Assembly (NCBI GenBank): GCA_903899705.1
Contig: CAIUKQ010000309.1
Coordinates: 6,484 to 70,483, forward strand
DNA length: 64,000 nt
Direction: 5' to 3'
DNA from: an uncultured beta proteobacterium
Lineage (GTDB): Bacteria; Pseudomonadota; Gammaproteobacteria; Burkholderiales; SG8-39
Part shown: positions 1-9,314 of the stretch, in pieces
How positions within the stretch are numbered: the first letter of the stretch is position 1
How the letters are laid out: every line of letters starts with the position of its first letter
The notes under the pieces: generated by a model
The model's input: the letters and a program-made list of their open reading frames with translations, nothing else
The model's database searches: none
Told to the model about the DNA's origin: nothing
Position numbers and translations under genes: made by a program

Positions 1-1148
1 CGAGCAAGCTTCTCGTCATTCCAGTGGGCGACATCGACCCAGCGGTCGCTTGCCGCGCGTATGCGTCGCGTGACGACATCTTTGGTCGGGAAGTTGTAGT
101 AACAGGTGACTTCGAATCTCGAACGGTCGTGCCGCTCGATGATGGGCGCGAACATCGTGGTGACCAGATGGCGCCGCAGGTCTGGCGACACATAGGCCAG
201 GCGGAGGCGGCGTCCCGGTTCGCGGCTGTTGGTGTGTGCAATCGGGGTGGCAGGCGGCGCGGCAAAACGCTGCGACCAGGCCACATGTTCCTGGAACACG
301 CGTTCGGGGCTTGCGGTGCTGTCGTAATTGAAGCAGGAGACGATGCCCGATGCGGCAAGAGCGTTGTTCGGAGACAGGCGCAGCACCTCGCGGTACTGCG
401 CGCTGGCGAGGGCCATCTCGCCGAGGCGGTTGTAGCAATTGGCGAGGTTGTTGTGCGCGACCTCCATATCGGGTGAAGCCTCTGCGAGCGAAAGATAGTG
501 CGCTGCAGCCCTGGTCCACTGGTGGCCTTCCTGGAGTGCAAAGGCGAGCAGCAACCGCGCTTCCTGCGGATGCTCGCAGGATTGCCAATGGCCTTCGAGA
601 AGGTCCGCGGCACCGCCGTAGGCGGCGGGCTGCATTTCCCCTGTGCCCACTGCGCTGGCAATGGCTTGCGCGAGCGCCTGGCGCAGGCCGGGCAGCTCGG
701 AGTCGATATCGAATGCCCGTCGCAAGGAGATAACCGCCTTGCCGTGTTCGTTGAGCCTTGCGCGGGCGGCGCCGAGATTGAACCAGCTGGGTGAATGGGT
801 GCGGTCCAAGTCGGCGGCGCGCTCGAAGCTCTGAACGGCTTGACGCGGCCGGTTCAAGGCAACCAGAGCATTGCCGCGGTTGAAATGAAAGCGCGGCGCG
901 GCGGGCCGCTCCGCAATGGCTTTGTTGATGAGATCCAGTGCCCGGGTGTTATCGCCGCGCTGATGCGCGATGAGGCCGGTGAGGTGCAGGGCGTCGGGGT
1001 CGCGCTGATTGTGTGCCAGCATGTCCGCATAGATATTTTCCGCGGTTGCAAGGTCGCCAGCCTCGTGCAGCGTGAGCGCGCGCTCGAGAGTGGATGAACG
1101 CTCAAAGCCGTCATCACGCCTGCCAAGCAGCCGCTCAAGCCATTTCAT
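1..1148 (-). CDS. TPR-repeat protein with SPINDLY/O-GlcNAc-transferase-like C-terminal region (N-terminal part only; runs off the left edge)
   Basis: Absent from the ORF track because it has no stop in the window. My reverse-strand translation from ATG 1148..1146 gives MKWLERLLGRRDDGFERSSTLERALTLHEAGDLATAENIYADML..HLTGLIAHQRGD..FNRGNAL (TPR-like repeats), then RLRLAYVSPDLRRHLVTTMFAPIIERHDRSRFEVTCYY, typical of the start of COG3914-type OGT domains. The frame stays open to position 1. Confidence 0.75.
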   Translation of the reverse strand, partial: MKWLERLLGRRDDGFERSSTLERALTLHEAGDLATAENIYADMLAHNQRDPDALHLTGLIAHQRGDNTRALDLINKAIAERPAAPRFHFNRGNALVALNRPRQAVQSFERAADLDRTHSPSWFNLGAARARLNEHGKAVISLRRAFDIDSELPGLRQALAQAIASAVGTGEMQPAAYGGAADLLEGHWQSCEHPQEARLLLAFALQEGHQWTRAAAHYLSLAEASPDMEVAHNNLANCYNRLGEMALASAQYREVLRLSPNNALAASGIVSCFNYDSTASPERVFQEHVAWSQRFAAPPATPIAHTNSREPGRRLRLAYVSPDLRRHLVTTMFAPIIERHDRSRFEVTCYYNFPTKDVVTRRIRAASDRWVDVAHWNDEKLA

Positions 1149-1951
1149 GCGGCCGGGGTTTTCTCCACGGGGGAGAGTGCCCTGAGCAGAAGATTGAATA
1201 TCTTGGGATTGCCGCCCACGATGCTGCCGGACTTCATGAAGTCGGCTTCGCCGTTCAGGTCCGACACGAGGCCGCCGGCCTCCTGGAGGATGACGGCGCC
1301 CGCGGCGATGTCCCAGGGCGAAAGGCCCAGTTCCCAGAATCCGTCGAGCCGGCCCGCCGCCACATAGGCAAGGTCGAGTGCCGCTGAACCGGCGCGGCGA
1401 ATGCCGGACACCTGGCTCACCACAGAGCGGAACATGGTGAGATAGGCCTCTAGGTTCGACATGTTGGTATAGGGAAAGCCGGTGCCGATCAGTGCGTCTG
1501 CGAAGCGCGTGCGTTTGGAGACACGGATGCGCGAGTCATTCAGGAAGGCGCCGCCGCCGCGCGTTGCGTGGAACAGTTCGTTTTTGAACGGATCGTAGAT
1601 GACGCCGTGTGTCAGTGTTTCGCGGTGCATGACACCGATCGAAACCGCGTACTGCGGAAAGCCGTGGATGAAATTCATCGTGCCATCCAGCGGATCGATG
1701 ATCCAGGTGAATTCGGCGCCGCCCTTGGTGCCGGCGGACTTGCCGGACTCCTCTGCTAATATTGCGTGGTCGGGGTAGGCGGTGCGGATCACGTCGATAA
1801 TGGAGGCTTCCGCGCCCTTGTCTACCTCGGTTACGAAGTCATTGCGGCCCTTGCGTGTCACTGTCACCTGATCGACGTCCCGGGCGGCTCGGTTAATGAG
1901 TGTTCCGGCGCGACGGGCGGCCTTCACGGCGATCGTGATCATTGGATGCAT
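1145..1951 (-). CDS. suhB: inositol monophosphatase family protein SuhB
   Basis: 268-aa ORF with FVTEVDKGAE, ILAEESG, WIIDPLDGTMNFIHG and WDIAAG motifs. Divergent from trmJ as in E. coli. Confidence 0.9.
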   Translation of the reverse strand: MHPMITIAVKAARRAGTLINRAARDVDQVTVTRKGRNDFVTEVDKGAEASIIDVIRTAYPDHAILAEESGKSAGTKGGAEFTWIIDPLDGTMNFIHGFPQYAVSIGVMHRETLTHGVIYDPFKNELFHATRGGGAFLNDSRIRVSKRTRFADALIGTGFPYTNMSNLEAYLTMFRSVVSQVSGIRRAGSAALDLAYVAAGRLDGFWELGLSPWDIAAGAVILQEAGGLVSDLNGEADFMKSGSIVGGNPKIFNLLLRALSPVEKTPAA

Positions 1952-2051
1952 TGCGACTGGCTTTCGTTTTCAAAGAGCGCTCGCGCAAAGGTGCGTCGGG
2001 CGAGGCCGATTCTACTATCTTGACTCCCTGGCTTTAGATGAATTGTTCCGG

Positions 2052-2867
2052 ATGTTGCCCATGAAACCCGATGCCGCCGTTATTGAAGGCACCGATGCCA
2101 ATGGAGTGAATGTGCCGGCCGCGGATGCGTCATGCCTGAATCGTATCCGCGTGGTGCTTCACCGGCCCTCGCATCCGGGCAATATCGGCGCCGCCGCACG
2201 CGCCATGAAGACCATGGGCCTGTCGCGCCTGGTTTTGGTCGAACCGAGGCGTTTTCCTGACCGCGAGGCCGATGCGCTAGCGGTCAATGCGGTCGACGTG
2301 CTTGCGAGGGTACGGGTATGCGGCAGCCTGAAAGAGGCGCTGGAAGGCGCGGTGGTTGCCTTCGCATTTTCGGCACGCGGACGGGATCTCTCCCATGCGC
2401 CACAGGATGTGCGGGCCGCCGCCAGTGAAGCCATTGCGTTGGCAGATACATCCGAGGTGGCGTTGGTGTTCGGCAATGAGACCGCAGGCCTTGCGAATGA
2501 AGACGTACTCCTGTGCAACCGCCTTGCGACCATCCCGACGGTGTCCGATTTCAGTTCGCTGAATCTTGCGGCGGCGGTGCAGGTCGCGTCGTACGAAATT
2601 CGCATGGCACTGGGTGCTCCGGCGACGGAGGAGGCGGGGGCCGAACTGGCCAGCATTGAACAGGTGGAGCATTTCTACGCGCACCTTGAGGCCAGCCTCG
2701 GGCAAACCGATTTCCTGGAACCGGGAAAACCCAAGCGCATGATGGAACGCATGCGCCGGCTTTTCGGCCGGGCGAAGTTGCAGCGGGAAGAGGTCAACAT
2801 CCTGCGCGGGATGCTCACCGCCTGGGACCGCGCCGTGGGTGGTATCAAGGGCCGGCAAAAAAGTTGA
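2052..2867 (+). CDS. trmJ: tRNA (cytidine/uridine-2'-O)-methyltransferase TrmJ (SpoU family)
   Basis: IRVVLHRPSHPGNIGAAARAMKTMG, LVFGNETAGL and SLNLAAAVQV motifs. The track start 1896 overlaps suhB, so I chose ATG 2052 (MLPMKPD); start is uncertain. Confidence 0.85.
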   Translation: MLPMKPDAAVIEGTDANGVNVPAADASCLNRIRVVLHRPSHPGNIGAAARAMKTMGLSRLVLVEPRRFPDREADALAVNAVDVLARVRVCGSLKEALEGAVVAFAFSARGRDLSHAPQDVRAAASEAIALADTSEVALVFGNETAGLANEDVLLCNRLATIPTVSDFSSLNLAAAVQVASYEIRMALGAPATEEAGAELASIEQVEHFYAHLEASLGQTDFLEPGKPKRMMERMRRLFGRAKLQREEVNILRGMLTAWDRAVGGIKGRQKS

Positions 2868-2892
2868 TTAAATCACTCTGGTTTGCCATAAT
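2864..2892 (+). promoter_or_regulatory. candidate sigma70 promoter for cysE (TTGATT-N17-CATAAT)
   Basis: TTGATT 2864-2869, 17-nt spacer, CATAAT 2887-2892. The 9-mer CATAATTCA is duplicated (2887-2895 and 2897-2905), giving a second -10-like box. GGAG SD at 2908-2911. Confidence 0.4.
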
Positions 2893-2916
2893 TCAGCATA
2901 ATTCACTGGAGAATCA

Positions 2917-3660
2917 ATGATGTTTTCCCGTCTGAGGGAAGATATTGCGTGTGTTTTCGAGCGCGATCCTGCGGCCCGGTCATCCTGGGAGGTGGTCACC
3001 TGCTACCCGGGTCTTCATGCCCTGACCCTGCACCGCCTGTCGCACTGGCTGTGGCAGAACCGCTTTCGCTGGCTGGCCCGTTTCTGCTCCCATCTGGGCC
3101 GGTTCTTTACCGGCATCGAGATTCATCCCGGGGCCACGGTCGGACGCCGCGTGTTCATTGATCACGGCATGGGCGTGGTTATCGGTGAAACGGCCGAGAT
3201 CGGCGACGATTGCACGCTCTATCACGGCGTCACGCTGGGCGGCACGTCCTGGCAAAAAGGAAAGAGGCATCCCACCCTGCTCACAGGCGTGGTGGTCGGC
3301 GCTGGAGCGAAGGTCATCGGTCCGATCGTGATCGGCGAGGGCGCGAAGATTGGTTCCAATGCGGTGGTGGTCAAGGACGTGCCTGCCGGCGCGACGGCGG
3401 TTGGAATTCCGGCGCGCGTGATCCTTGATGAGCGCGACAAATCCCGTGAGGAGAAGGCGGCGAAGCTCGGATTTTCTGCCTATGCCGTGACTCGGGATGA
3501 TGATCCAATCTCCAAGGCCATCGAGGGGTTACTCGATCACAGCAACGAGATGGAAAATCGTATGTTGATGATTTTAAAGGAAATTGAGACGCTTCGCGCC
3601 GATCAGGACAGTGCCTTGTCCGCCTCCCGGTGGGCCGAGCGCAAGGCTTCCGGTCAATAG
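2917..3660 (+). CDS. cysE: serine O-acetyltransferase
   Basis: 247 aa. ERDPAARS, hexapeptide-repeat core [41 protein letters not shown]. Confidence 0.9.
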   Translation: MMFSRLREDIACVFERDPAARSSWEVVTCYPGLHALTLHRLSHWLWQNRFRWLARFCSHLGRFFTGIEIHPGATVGRRVFIDHGMGVVIGETAEIGDDCTLYHGVTLGGTSWQKGKRHPTLLTGVVVGAGAKVIGPIVIGEGAKIGSNAVVVKDVPAGATAVGIPARVILDERDKSREEKAAKLGFSAYAVTRDDDPISKAIEGLLDHSNEMENRMLMILKEIETLRADQDSALSASRWAERKASGQ

Positions 3661-3689
3661 TTGATTGTTTTGATCGGATACCGTAAGAT
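3661..3689 (+). promoter_or_regulatory. candidate sigma70 promoter for iscR operon (TTGATT-N17-TAAGAT)
   Basis: TTGATT 3661-3666, 17-nt spacer, TAAGAT 3684-3689. Lies immediately upstream of the IscR-box-like sequence. Confidence 0.35.
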
Positions 3690-3691
3690 TC

Positions 3692-3716
3692 AATCCTGAC
3701 TAAATAGCTCGGTTAA
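3692..3716 (+). promoter_or_regulatory. IscR type-1-like operator
   Basis: AATCCTGACTAAATAGCTCGGTTAA resembles the E. coli type-1 IscR motif ATASYYGACTRWWWYAGTCRRSTAT (consensus recalled from memory). The left half CCTGACTAAAT matches well; the right half is imperfect. 57 nt upstream of the iscR ATG. Confidence 0.35.
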
Positions 3717-3772
3717 ATTTTTCGGGCGAACGTTCTTTCCTTCGAAGTGCGATCCAGCCAAAGAGGGCGGCC

Positions 3773-4261
3773 ATGAGACTGACGACAAAAGGGCGATTTG
3801 CGGTAACCGCGATGCTGGACCTGGCCTTGCATGACGGCAAGGGGCCGGTCACGCTGGCCGGCATCAGCAAACGCCAGAACATTTCACTGTCCTATCTGGA
3901 GCAGTTGTTCGGCAAACTGCGCCGGCGCACGCTGGTGGACAGCGTACGCGGCCCCGGAGGCGGATACACGCTGTCCCGGCCCGTGGCCCAGGTGTCGGTG
4001 GCGGAAATCATCCGTGCCGTCGATGAACCGCTGGATGCAACACAGTGCGGCGGGCGTGAGAACTGCCAGGAAGAACAGCGCTGCATGACCCATGAGTTGT
4101 GGTCCACGCTGAATGAGAAAATGTTCGAATATCTCAATTCCGTGAAGCTGTCGGATCTCGTGGTCAAGCAGCGCGAACGCATGGCCAGCGAGGGCGTCGC
4201 AGTCCTCCAGGACAAGCGCGTCATCGAACTGGGAATAAAAGACAGGGTCCAACCGGCCTGA
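3773..4261 (+). CDS. iscR: Fe-S cluster assembly transcriptional regulator IscR (Rrf2 family)
   Basis: [35 protein letters not shown]. Cys residues in the C-terminal half. Sits directly before iscS. Confidence 0.92.
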   Translation: MRLTTKGRFAVTAMLDLALHDGKGPVTLAGISKRQNISLSYLEQLFGKLRRRTLVDSVRGPGGGYTLSRPVAQVSVAEIIRAVDEPLDATQCGGRENCQEEQRCMTHELWSTLNEKMFEYLNSVKLSDLVVKQRERMASEGVAVLQDKRVIELGIKDRVQPA

Positions 4262-4280
4262 AGATGGAGATGCAGCTGCC

Positions 4281-5489
4281 ATGAAGTTTCCGATTTATCT
4301 TGATTATTCCGCGACCACGCCGGTTGATCCGCGCGTCGCGCAGAAAATGATTCCCTACCTCACCGAGCATTTTGGCAATGCCGCGAGCCGCTCGCATGCC
4401 TATGGCTGGGAATCGGAGAAGGCAGTGGAGGAGGCGCGCGGGCACGTTGCGGCCCTTCTTAACGCCGATCCGCGGGAAATTGTCTGGACCTCCGGTGCTA
4501 CCGAGGGCAATAACCTTGCCATCAAGGGTGCCGCAAATTTCTACAAATCCAAGGGTAAACACATCATCACGGTGAAAACCGAGCACAAAGCCGTGCTCGA
4601 CACCGTGCGTGAATTGGAACGTCAGGGATTCACGGCAACTTACCTCGATCCTCGCGATGATGGGCTCATTACTATCGAGCAACTGCAGGCTGCCATCCGG
4701 CCGGACACCGTGCTGGTTTCGGTGATGATGGTCAACAATGAAATCGGCCTGATCCAGCCCATCGCTGAAATCGGCGAACTGTGCCGTGCCAATGGCATCA
4801 TCTTTCATTGCGACGCGGTGCAGGCGGCGGGCAAGCTTGAAATAGACATGCAAACGCTCAAGGTCGACCTCCTGACCGTGACTGCGCACAAGGTCTACGG
4901 GCCCAAGGGCATCGGCGCGCTCTACGTACGCCGCAAGCCTCGCATTCGCATCGAAGCGCAGGTGCACGGTGGCGGGCACGAGCGCGGGCTTCGTTCGGGC
5001 ACGCTGGCGACGCACCAGATCGTGGGCATGGGCGAGGCCTTTCGCATCGCGAAGCTGGAAATGGCCACCGACAACGAACGCATTCGCGGCCTTCGAGACC
5101 GTCTTTACGCGGGTTTTCTCGACTTGGAGGAAATCTACGTCAACGGCAGCATGGAAAAACGCATTCCCCACAATCTCAACATCAGCTTCAATTTTGTCGA
5201 AGGCGAGTCGCTGATCATGGCGATCAAGGACATCGCGGTATCCTCGGGGTCGGCGTGTACCTCGGCGTCGCTGGAACCCTCCTACGTGCTGCGCGCGCTG
5301 GGCCGTTCCGACGAGCTTGCGCACAGCTCGATCCGGTTCACCATCGGCAAGTACACGACCGTCGAGGAGATCGATTTCGCCATCGAACTCCTGCGGCGCA
5401 AGATCGGCAAGCTGAGGGAACTCTCGCCGCTCTGGGAAATGTTTAAAGACGGCGTGGACCTCAATTCGGTGCAGTGGGCGGCCCACTGA
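4281..5489 (+). CDS. iscS: cysteine desulfurase IscS
   Basis: 402 aa. [33 protein letters not shown]-like ([12 protein letters not shown]), SSGSACTS active-site Cys loop. Confidence 0.95.
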   Translation: MKFPIYLDYSATTPVDPRVAQKMIPYLTEHFGNAASRSHAYGWESEKAVEEARGHVAALLNADPREIVWTSGATEGNNLAIKGAANFYKSKGKHIITVKTEHKAVLDTVRELERQGFTATYLDPRDDGLITIEQLQAAIRPDTVLVSVMMVNNEIGLIQPIAEIGELCRANGIIFHCDAVQAAGKLEIDMQTLKVDLLTVTAHKVYGPKGIGALYVRRKPRIRIEAQVHGGGHERGLRSGTLATHQIVGMGEAFRIAKLEMATDNERIRGLRDRLYAGFLDLEEIYVNGSMEKRIPHNLNISFNFVEGESLIMAIKDIAVSSGSACTSASLEPSYVLRALGRSDELAHSSIRFTIGKYTTVEEIDFAIELLRRKIGKLRELSPLWEMFKDGVDLNSVQWAAH

Positions 5490-5531
5490 CGGGCGCACCT
5501 TCGCGCACAGGATGGATTAAAGGAGTCATAA

Positions 5532-5969
5532 ATGGCATACAGCGACAAGGTCATCGACCATTACGAGAATCCCCGCAATGTGGGGTCCTTCGACAAGGCG
5601 GACGAGCAGGTGGGCACCGGCATGGTCGGCGCGCCGGCCTGTGGTGACGTCATGAAACTGCAGATCCGTGTCAGCAAGGAGGGCATCATCGAGGATGCCC
5701 GCTTCAAGACGTATGGCTGCGGATCCGCCATTGCGTCCTCATCGCTCATCACCGAATGGGTGAAGGGCAAGACGCTGGACGAGGCGGGGAGCATCAAGAA
5801 TTCCCAGATTGCCGAGGAACTGGCCCTGCCGCCGGTGAAAATTCATTGCTCGATCCTCGCTGAGGATGCCATCAAGGCGGCCATCAGCGACTACCGCAAG
5901 AAACACGTGGAAGAATCCGCCGGGCCGTCTTCGGCCGCCGATGCCCCCGGGGCAGGCGCCACCGTCTAA
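5532..5969 (+). CDS. iscU: Fe-S cluster scaffold IscU (with short Ala/Pro/Gly-rich C-terminal tail)
   Basis: [59 protein letters not shown]. Confidence 0.95.
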   Translation: MAYSDKVIDHYENPRNVGSFDKADEQVGTGMVGAPACGDVMKLQIRVSKEGIIEDARFKTYGCGSAIASSSLITEWVKGKTLDEAGSIKNSQIAEELALPPVKIHCSILAEDAIKAAISDYRKKHVEESAGPSSAADAPGAGATV

Positions 5970-5979
5970 GGACTACGCC

Positions 5980-6303
5980 ATGCCGATTACCCTGACCGAA
6001 CGCGCCGCAACCCACGTCACCAACTTCCTTGCCAAGCGGGGCAAAGGTGTCGGCCTGCGGCTGGGCGTGCGCACCACCGGTTGCTCGGGCCTTGCCTACA
6101 AGCTCGAGTATGCCGATGCACTCAATCCCGAAGATCTGACTTTCGACAGCCATGGCGTTAAGGTGGTCGTTGATCCGAAAAGCCTTCCCTACATTGACGG
6201 CACAGAACTCGATTTTGCGCGCGAAGGCCTCAATGAGGGCTTCAAGTTCAACAACCCGAACGTCAAGGACGAGTGCGGGTGCGGGGAATCGTTCAACGTT
6301 TGA
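5980..6303 (+). CDS. iscA: iron-binding Fe-S carrier IscA
   Basis: [13 protein letters not shown].., C-terminal DECGCGESF motif. The track ORF 5866 start is an in-frame extension overlapping iscU; ATG 5980 chosen. Confidence 0.92.
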   Translation: MPITLTERAATHVTNFLAKRGKGVGLRLGVRTTGCSGLAYKLEYADALNPEDLTFDSHGVKVVVDPKSLPYIDGTELDFAREGLNEGFKFNNPNVKDECGCGESFNV

Positions 6304-6325
6304 TGGGCCCCGTCCAGGAAAAACA

Positions 6326-6347
6326 GGGGCCTCGCGGCCCCTTTTTT
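6326..6347 (+). terminator. intrinsic terminator/attenuator between iscA and hscB
   Basis: GGGGCC-tcgc-GGCCCC followed by TTTTTT (6342-6347), preceded by an A-run. Confidence 0.6.
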
Positions 6348-6359
6348 GCGGTCTGAAAG

Positions 6360-6887
6360 ATGGCGCAAGCTAAAAATCACTTTGAAGTGCTGGGCGTGCC
6401 GGTCTCGTTTACCGTGGCGTTGGACGCGCTCGACCGCGCCTACCGAAACCTGCAGTCAAAGGTGCACCCGGACCGGTTCGTCAATGCGACCGAAGCCGAA
6501 CGCCGTGTGGCCATGCAGCTTGCCACCGGCGCCAACGAGGCCTACCAGACCCTGAAGCATCCCCTGAAGCGGGCGATCTACCTCCTTGAGATGAGAGACA
6601 TTGATGTTCGTTCCGAGACCAGCATAACCATGGAGCCGGCTTTCCTGATGCAGCAACTCGAATGGCGCGAGAACATCGAGGATGCCCGCGCGGCGCGCAA
6701 CCTGGGTCGGCTGGAATCCCTCCATGACGAATTGATTGCCGAGAAGCGCGTGCGCTTTTCCCACCTGGAAAAGCTGTTTGGCTCGGGCGCCTTTCAACCG
6801 GCCTGCGAAGCGGCGAGGCAGCTGTTGTTCATCGAAAAGCTGGAGCGGGAAATCGGCGACGGTATTGAAGAAATGGATGTTGCCTGA
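6360..6887 (+). CDS. hscB: co-chaperone HscB
   Basis: J-domain [18 protein letters not shown]. 175 aa. Stop overlaps the hscA ATG (TGATG). Confidence 0.9.
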   Translation: MAQAKNHFEVLGVPVSFTVALDALDRAYRNLQSKVHPDRFVNATEAERRVAMQLATGANEAYQTLKHPLKRAIYLLEMRDIDVRSETSITMEPAFLMQQLEWRENIEDARAARNLGRLESLHDELIAEKRVRFSHLEKLFGSGAFQPACEAARQLLFIEKLEREIGDGIEEMDVA

Positions 6888-8749
6888 TGGCCTTGCTGCA
6901 GATCTCCGAGCCTGGCGAATCCACGGCACCCCACCAGCACCGGCTGGCGGTGGGCATTGACCTTGGCACCACCAATTCGCTGGTCGCGACGGTACGCAAT
7001 GGCGTGGCCGGAGTGCTCAACGACGAACAGGGTCACCCGCTGCTGCCGTCAATCGTACGCTACGGGGCCGACGGCTCGGTCGAAACCGGTTACGAGGCCG
7101 AGCGCGAGCGCTCGCACGATCCCAAGAACACCATCGTCTCGGTGAAGCGATTCATGGGACGCGGCCTTCGCGATATTGCCTATATTGAAAATTCTCCCTA
7201 TGATTTTGTCGATACGCCGGGCATGGTGCAGATACGCACGGCTGCCGGCGTTAAAAGTCCGGTGGAAGTTTCGGCCGAACTTCTAAGAGTAATGCGCGTA
7301 CGCGCCGAAAAGTCCCTCGGCGGAGAACTGGTGGGTGCGGTGGTCACGGTGCCAGCCTATTTTGACGACGCGCAGCGCCAGGCCACCAAGGATGCAGCCT
7401 CGATTGCCGGCCTGAATGTCATGCGGCTGCTCAACGAGCCCACGGCCGCGGCCATTGCCTATGGACTGGACAATGCCTCCGAAGGCGTTTATGCCGTCTA
7501 CGATCTGGGAGGCGGCACGTTCGATTTTTCCATCCTTCGCCTGTCCACCGGGGTGTTCGAGGTTCTGGCTACCAGCGGCGATGCCGCCCTGGGCGGGGAT
7601 GATTTTGATCATCGTCTGTTCTGCTGGGTGCTCGAGCAGGAAAAGCTTCCGCCGTTATCGGTATCTGATACCAGCCTGCTGCTTGCGAAGGCGCGGCAGG
7701 TCAAGGAGTACCTCACGAACCATAGCGAAGTTCGTTTCAATGCGAAGCTTTCCACCGGCACGGTGGTGGATGTTCCCGTATCGCAATCCGACTTTTGGGA
7801 AATGACCCGGCACCTGGTCGTCAAGACCCTCGTGCCCACGCGCAAGGCCCTGCGAGATGCGGGTCTGTTGTTTTCCGATGTCAAAGGGGTGGTCATGGTG
7901 GGTGGCGCGACGCGCATGCCCCATGTGCAGCGGGCCGTTGAAGGCTGTTTCGGGCAGCCCCCTCTCAACAATCTCGATCCGGACAAGGTAGTCGCGCTGG
8001 GTGCGGCCATGCAGGCCAATGCGCTGGCGGGCAACAAATCGGTGGACGAGGATTGGCTGCTGCTGGATGTGATTCCCCTTTCGCTGGGCCTGGAGACGAT
8101 GGGTGGGCTGGTGGAGCGGGTGATCCACCGCAATTCCACCATTCCGGTGTCCAAGGCACAGGAATTCACCACTTTCAAGGACGGACAGACCGCTATGTCA
8201 ATACACGTCGTGCAGGGCGAGCGCGAACTGGTGTCCGACTGCCGTTCGCTGGCGCGCTTTGAATTGCGCGGAATTCCGCCCATGGTTGCGGGCGCAGCGC
8301 GCATCCGCGTGACATTCCAGGTTGACGCCGATGGCCTGCTCGCGGTGAGCGCGAAGGAAACTACCAGCGGGGCCGAGGCATCGGTCGCGGTGAAGCCATC
8401 CTACGGTCTTTCGGACGAGCGCATTACGAACATGCTCAAGGACTCCTTCGAACATGCGGGCGATGACCTTCGCATTCGGGCGCTGCGTGAACAGCAGGTG
8501 GAGGCCGAGCGAATGCTGGAGTCGGTGGGTGCCGCCCTTGGGCAGGATGAAGCGCTGCTCGAGGCAGCCGAACTGGCGGCAATTAGGACTGCTCTCAACG
8601 GCCTGAAGACCTTGTCACGCCAGTCCGACCACCGCGCCATCAAGCATGCCATTGACGAATTGAACCGCCTGACCGAGCCCTTTGCCGCGCGCCGGATGGA
8701 CCGCTCGGTGCAGCAGGCGCTTACCGGAAAGAGTCTGGCCAGCCTATGA
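6887..8749 (+). CDS. hscA: Fe-S protein assembly chaperone HscA (Hsp70 family)
   Basis: 620 aa. [28 protein letters not shown] motifs. Confidence 0.95.
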   Translation: MALLQISEPGESTAPHQHRLAVGIDLGTTNSLVATVRNGVAGVLNDEQGHPLLPSIVRYGADGSVETGYEAERERSHDPKNTIVSVKRFMGRGLRDIAYIENSPYDFVDTPGMVQIRTAAGVKSPVEVSAELLRVMRVRAEKSLGGELVGAVVTVPAYFDDAQRQATKDAASIAGLNVMRLLNEPTAAAIAYGLDNASEGVYAVYDLGGGTFDFSILRLSTGVFEVLATSGDAALGGDDFDHRLFCWVLEQEKLPPLSVSDTSLLLAKARQVKEYLTNHSEVRFNAKLSTGTVVDVPVSQSDFWEMTRHLVVKTLVPTRKALRDAGLLFSDVKGVVMVGGATRMPHVQRAVEGCFGQPPLNNLDPDKVVALGAAMQANALAGNKSVDEDWLLLDVIPLSLGLETMGGLVERVIHRNSTIPVSKAQEFTTFKDGQTAMSIHVVQGERELVSDCRSLARFELRGIPPMVAGAARIRVTFQVDADGLLAVSAKETTSGAEASVAVKPSYGLSDERITNMLKDSFEHAGDDLRIRALREQQVEAERMLESVGAALGQDEALLEAAELAAIRTALNGLKTLSRQSDHRAIKHAIDELNRLTEPFAARRMDRSVQQALTGKSLASL

Positions 8750-9087
8750 CGCAAATCATCGTCCTGCCGCATGTGGAGCTATGCCCCGATGGCGCGGTGA
8801 TCGAAGCCTCGCCTGGAACATCGCTGTGCGATGCATTGCTCGAGAACGGAATCGCCATCGAGCATGCCTGCGAAAAATCATGCGCCTGTACCACTTGCCA
8901 CGTCATCCTGCGCGAAGGCCAGCAGTCGCTGACACCACCCGAGGAACTCGAGGAAGATCTTCTCGACAAGGCGTGGGGACTGGAGCCGACGTCGCGGCTG
9001 TCCTGCCAGGTGATCGTGGACCGAGCCGACCTGGTCATCGAAATACCGAAATACACCATCAACATGGTTTCCGAAGGCCATCATTAG
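8746..9087 (+). CDS. fdx: ISC-system [2Fe-2S] ferredoxin
   Basis: 113 aa. [17 protein letters not shown] cysteine pattern. ATGA overlap with hscA. Confidence 0.92.
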   Translation: MTQIIVLPHVELCPDGAVIEASPGTSLCDALLENGIAIEHACEKSCACTTCHVILREGQQSLTPPEELEEDLLDKAWGLEPTSRLSCQVIVDRADLVIEIPKYTINMVSEGHH

Positions 9088-9107
9088 AACAGGGAATTCA
9101 GGCCAAC

Positions 9108-9302
9108 ATGAAATGGACCGACACGCTTGAGATCGCCATCGCCCTTTGCGAGAAATTTCCCGACATGGACCCGAAAAACCTGCGATTCACAGATCTGCAT
9201 GCCTGGGTGATGGGACTCGAAGGCTTTGATGATGCCGCTGAACGCTCCGGGGAAAAAATCCTCGAAGCCATCCAGATGGCCTGGATCGAAGAGGCCGAGT
9301 AA
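9108..9302 (+). CDS. iscX: Fe-S assembly protein IscX
   Basis: 64 aa MKWTDTLEIAIALCEKFPDMDPKNLRFTDLHAWV. This is the C-terminal part of track ORF 8682..9302, whose upstream portion is a spurious frame over fdx. Confidence 0.85.
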   Translation: MKWTDTLEIAIALCEKFPDMDPKNLRFTDLHAWVMGLEGFDDAAERSGEKILEAIQMAWIEEAE

Positions 9303-9314
9303 CCGCTCTCGCGC

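Noticed and set aside
4221-5498. 425-aa ORF antisense to iscS. Similar long antisense ORFs occur at 12934-14166, 18904-20046, 19836-20894, 34731-35939, 47686-49728, 52994-54193, 58328-59599 and 59915-61348.
   Set aside because: Each lies exactly opposite a confidently identified gene. The translations are Arg/Gly/Pro/His-rich low-complexity strings with no recognisable motifs. This is the usual stop-codon-poor antisense artefact of GC-rich DNA.
5866-5979. In-frame N-terminal extension of iscA overlapping the iscU tail.
   Set aside because: The extension is Pro/Arg-rich junk in the alternative frame of iscU. IscA homology starts at [10 protein letters not shown] (5980).
8682-9107. Upstream part of the 206-aa ORF that ends as IscX.
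   Set aside because: It overlaps hscA and fdx in another frame with Arg/Pro-rich junk. Only the last 64 codons (from ATG 9108) match IscX.
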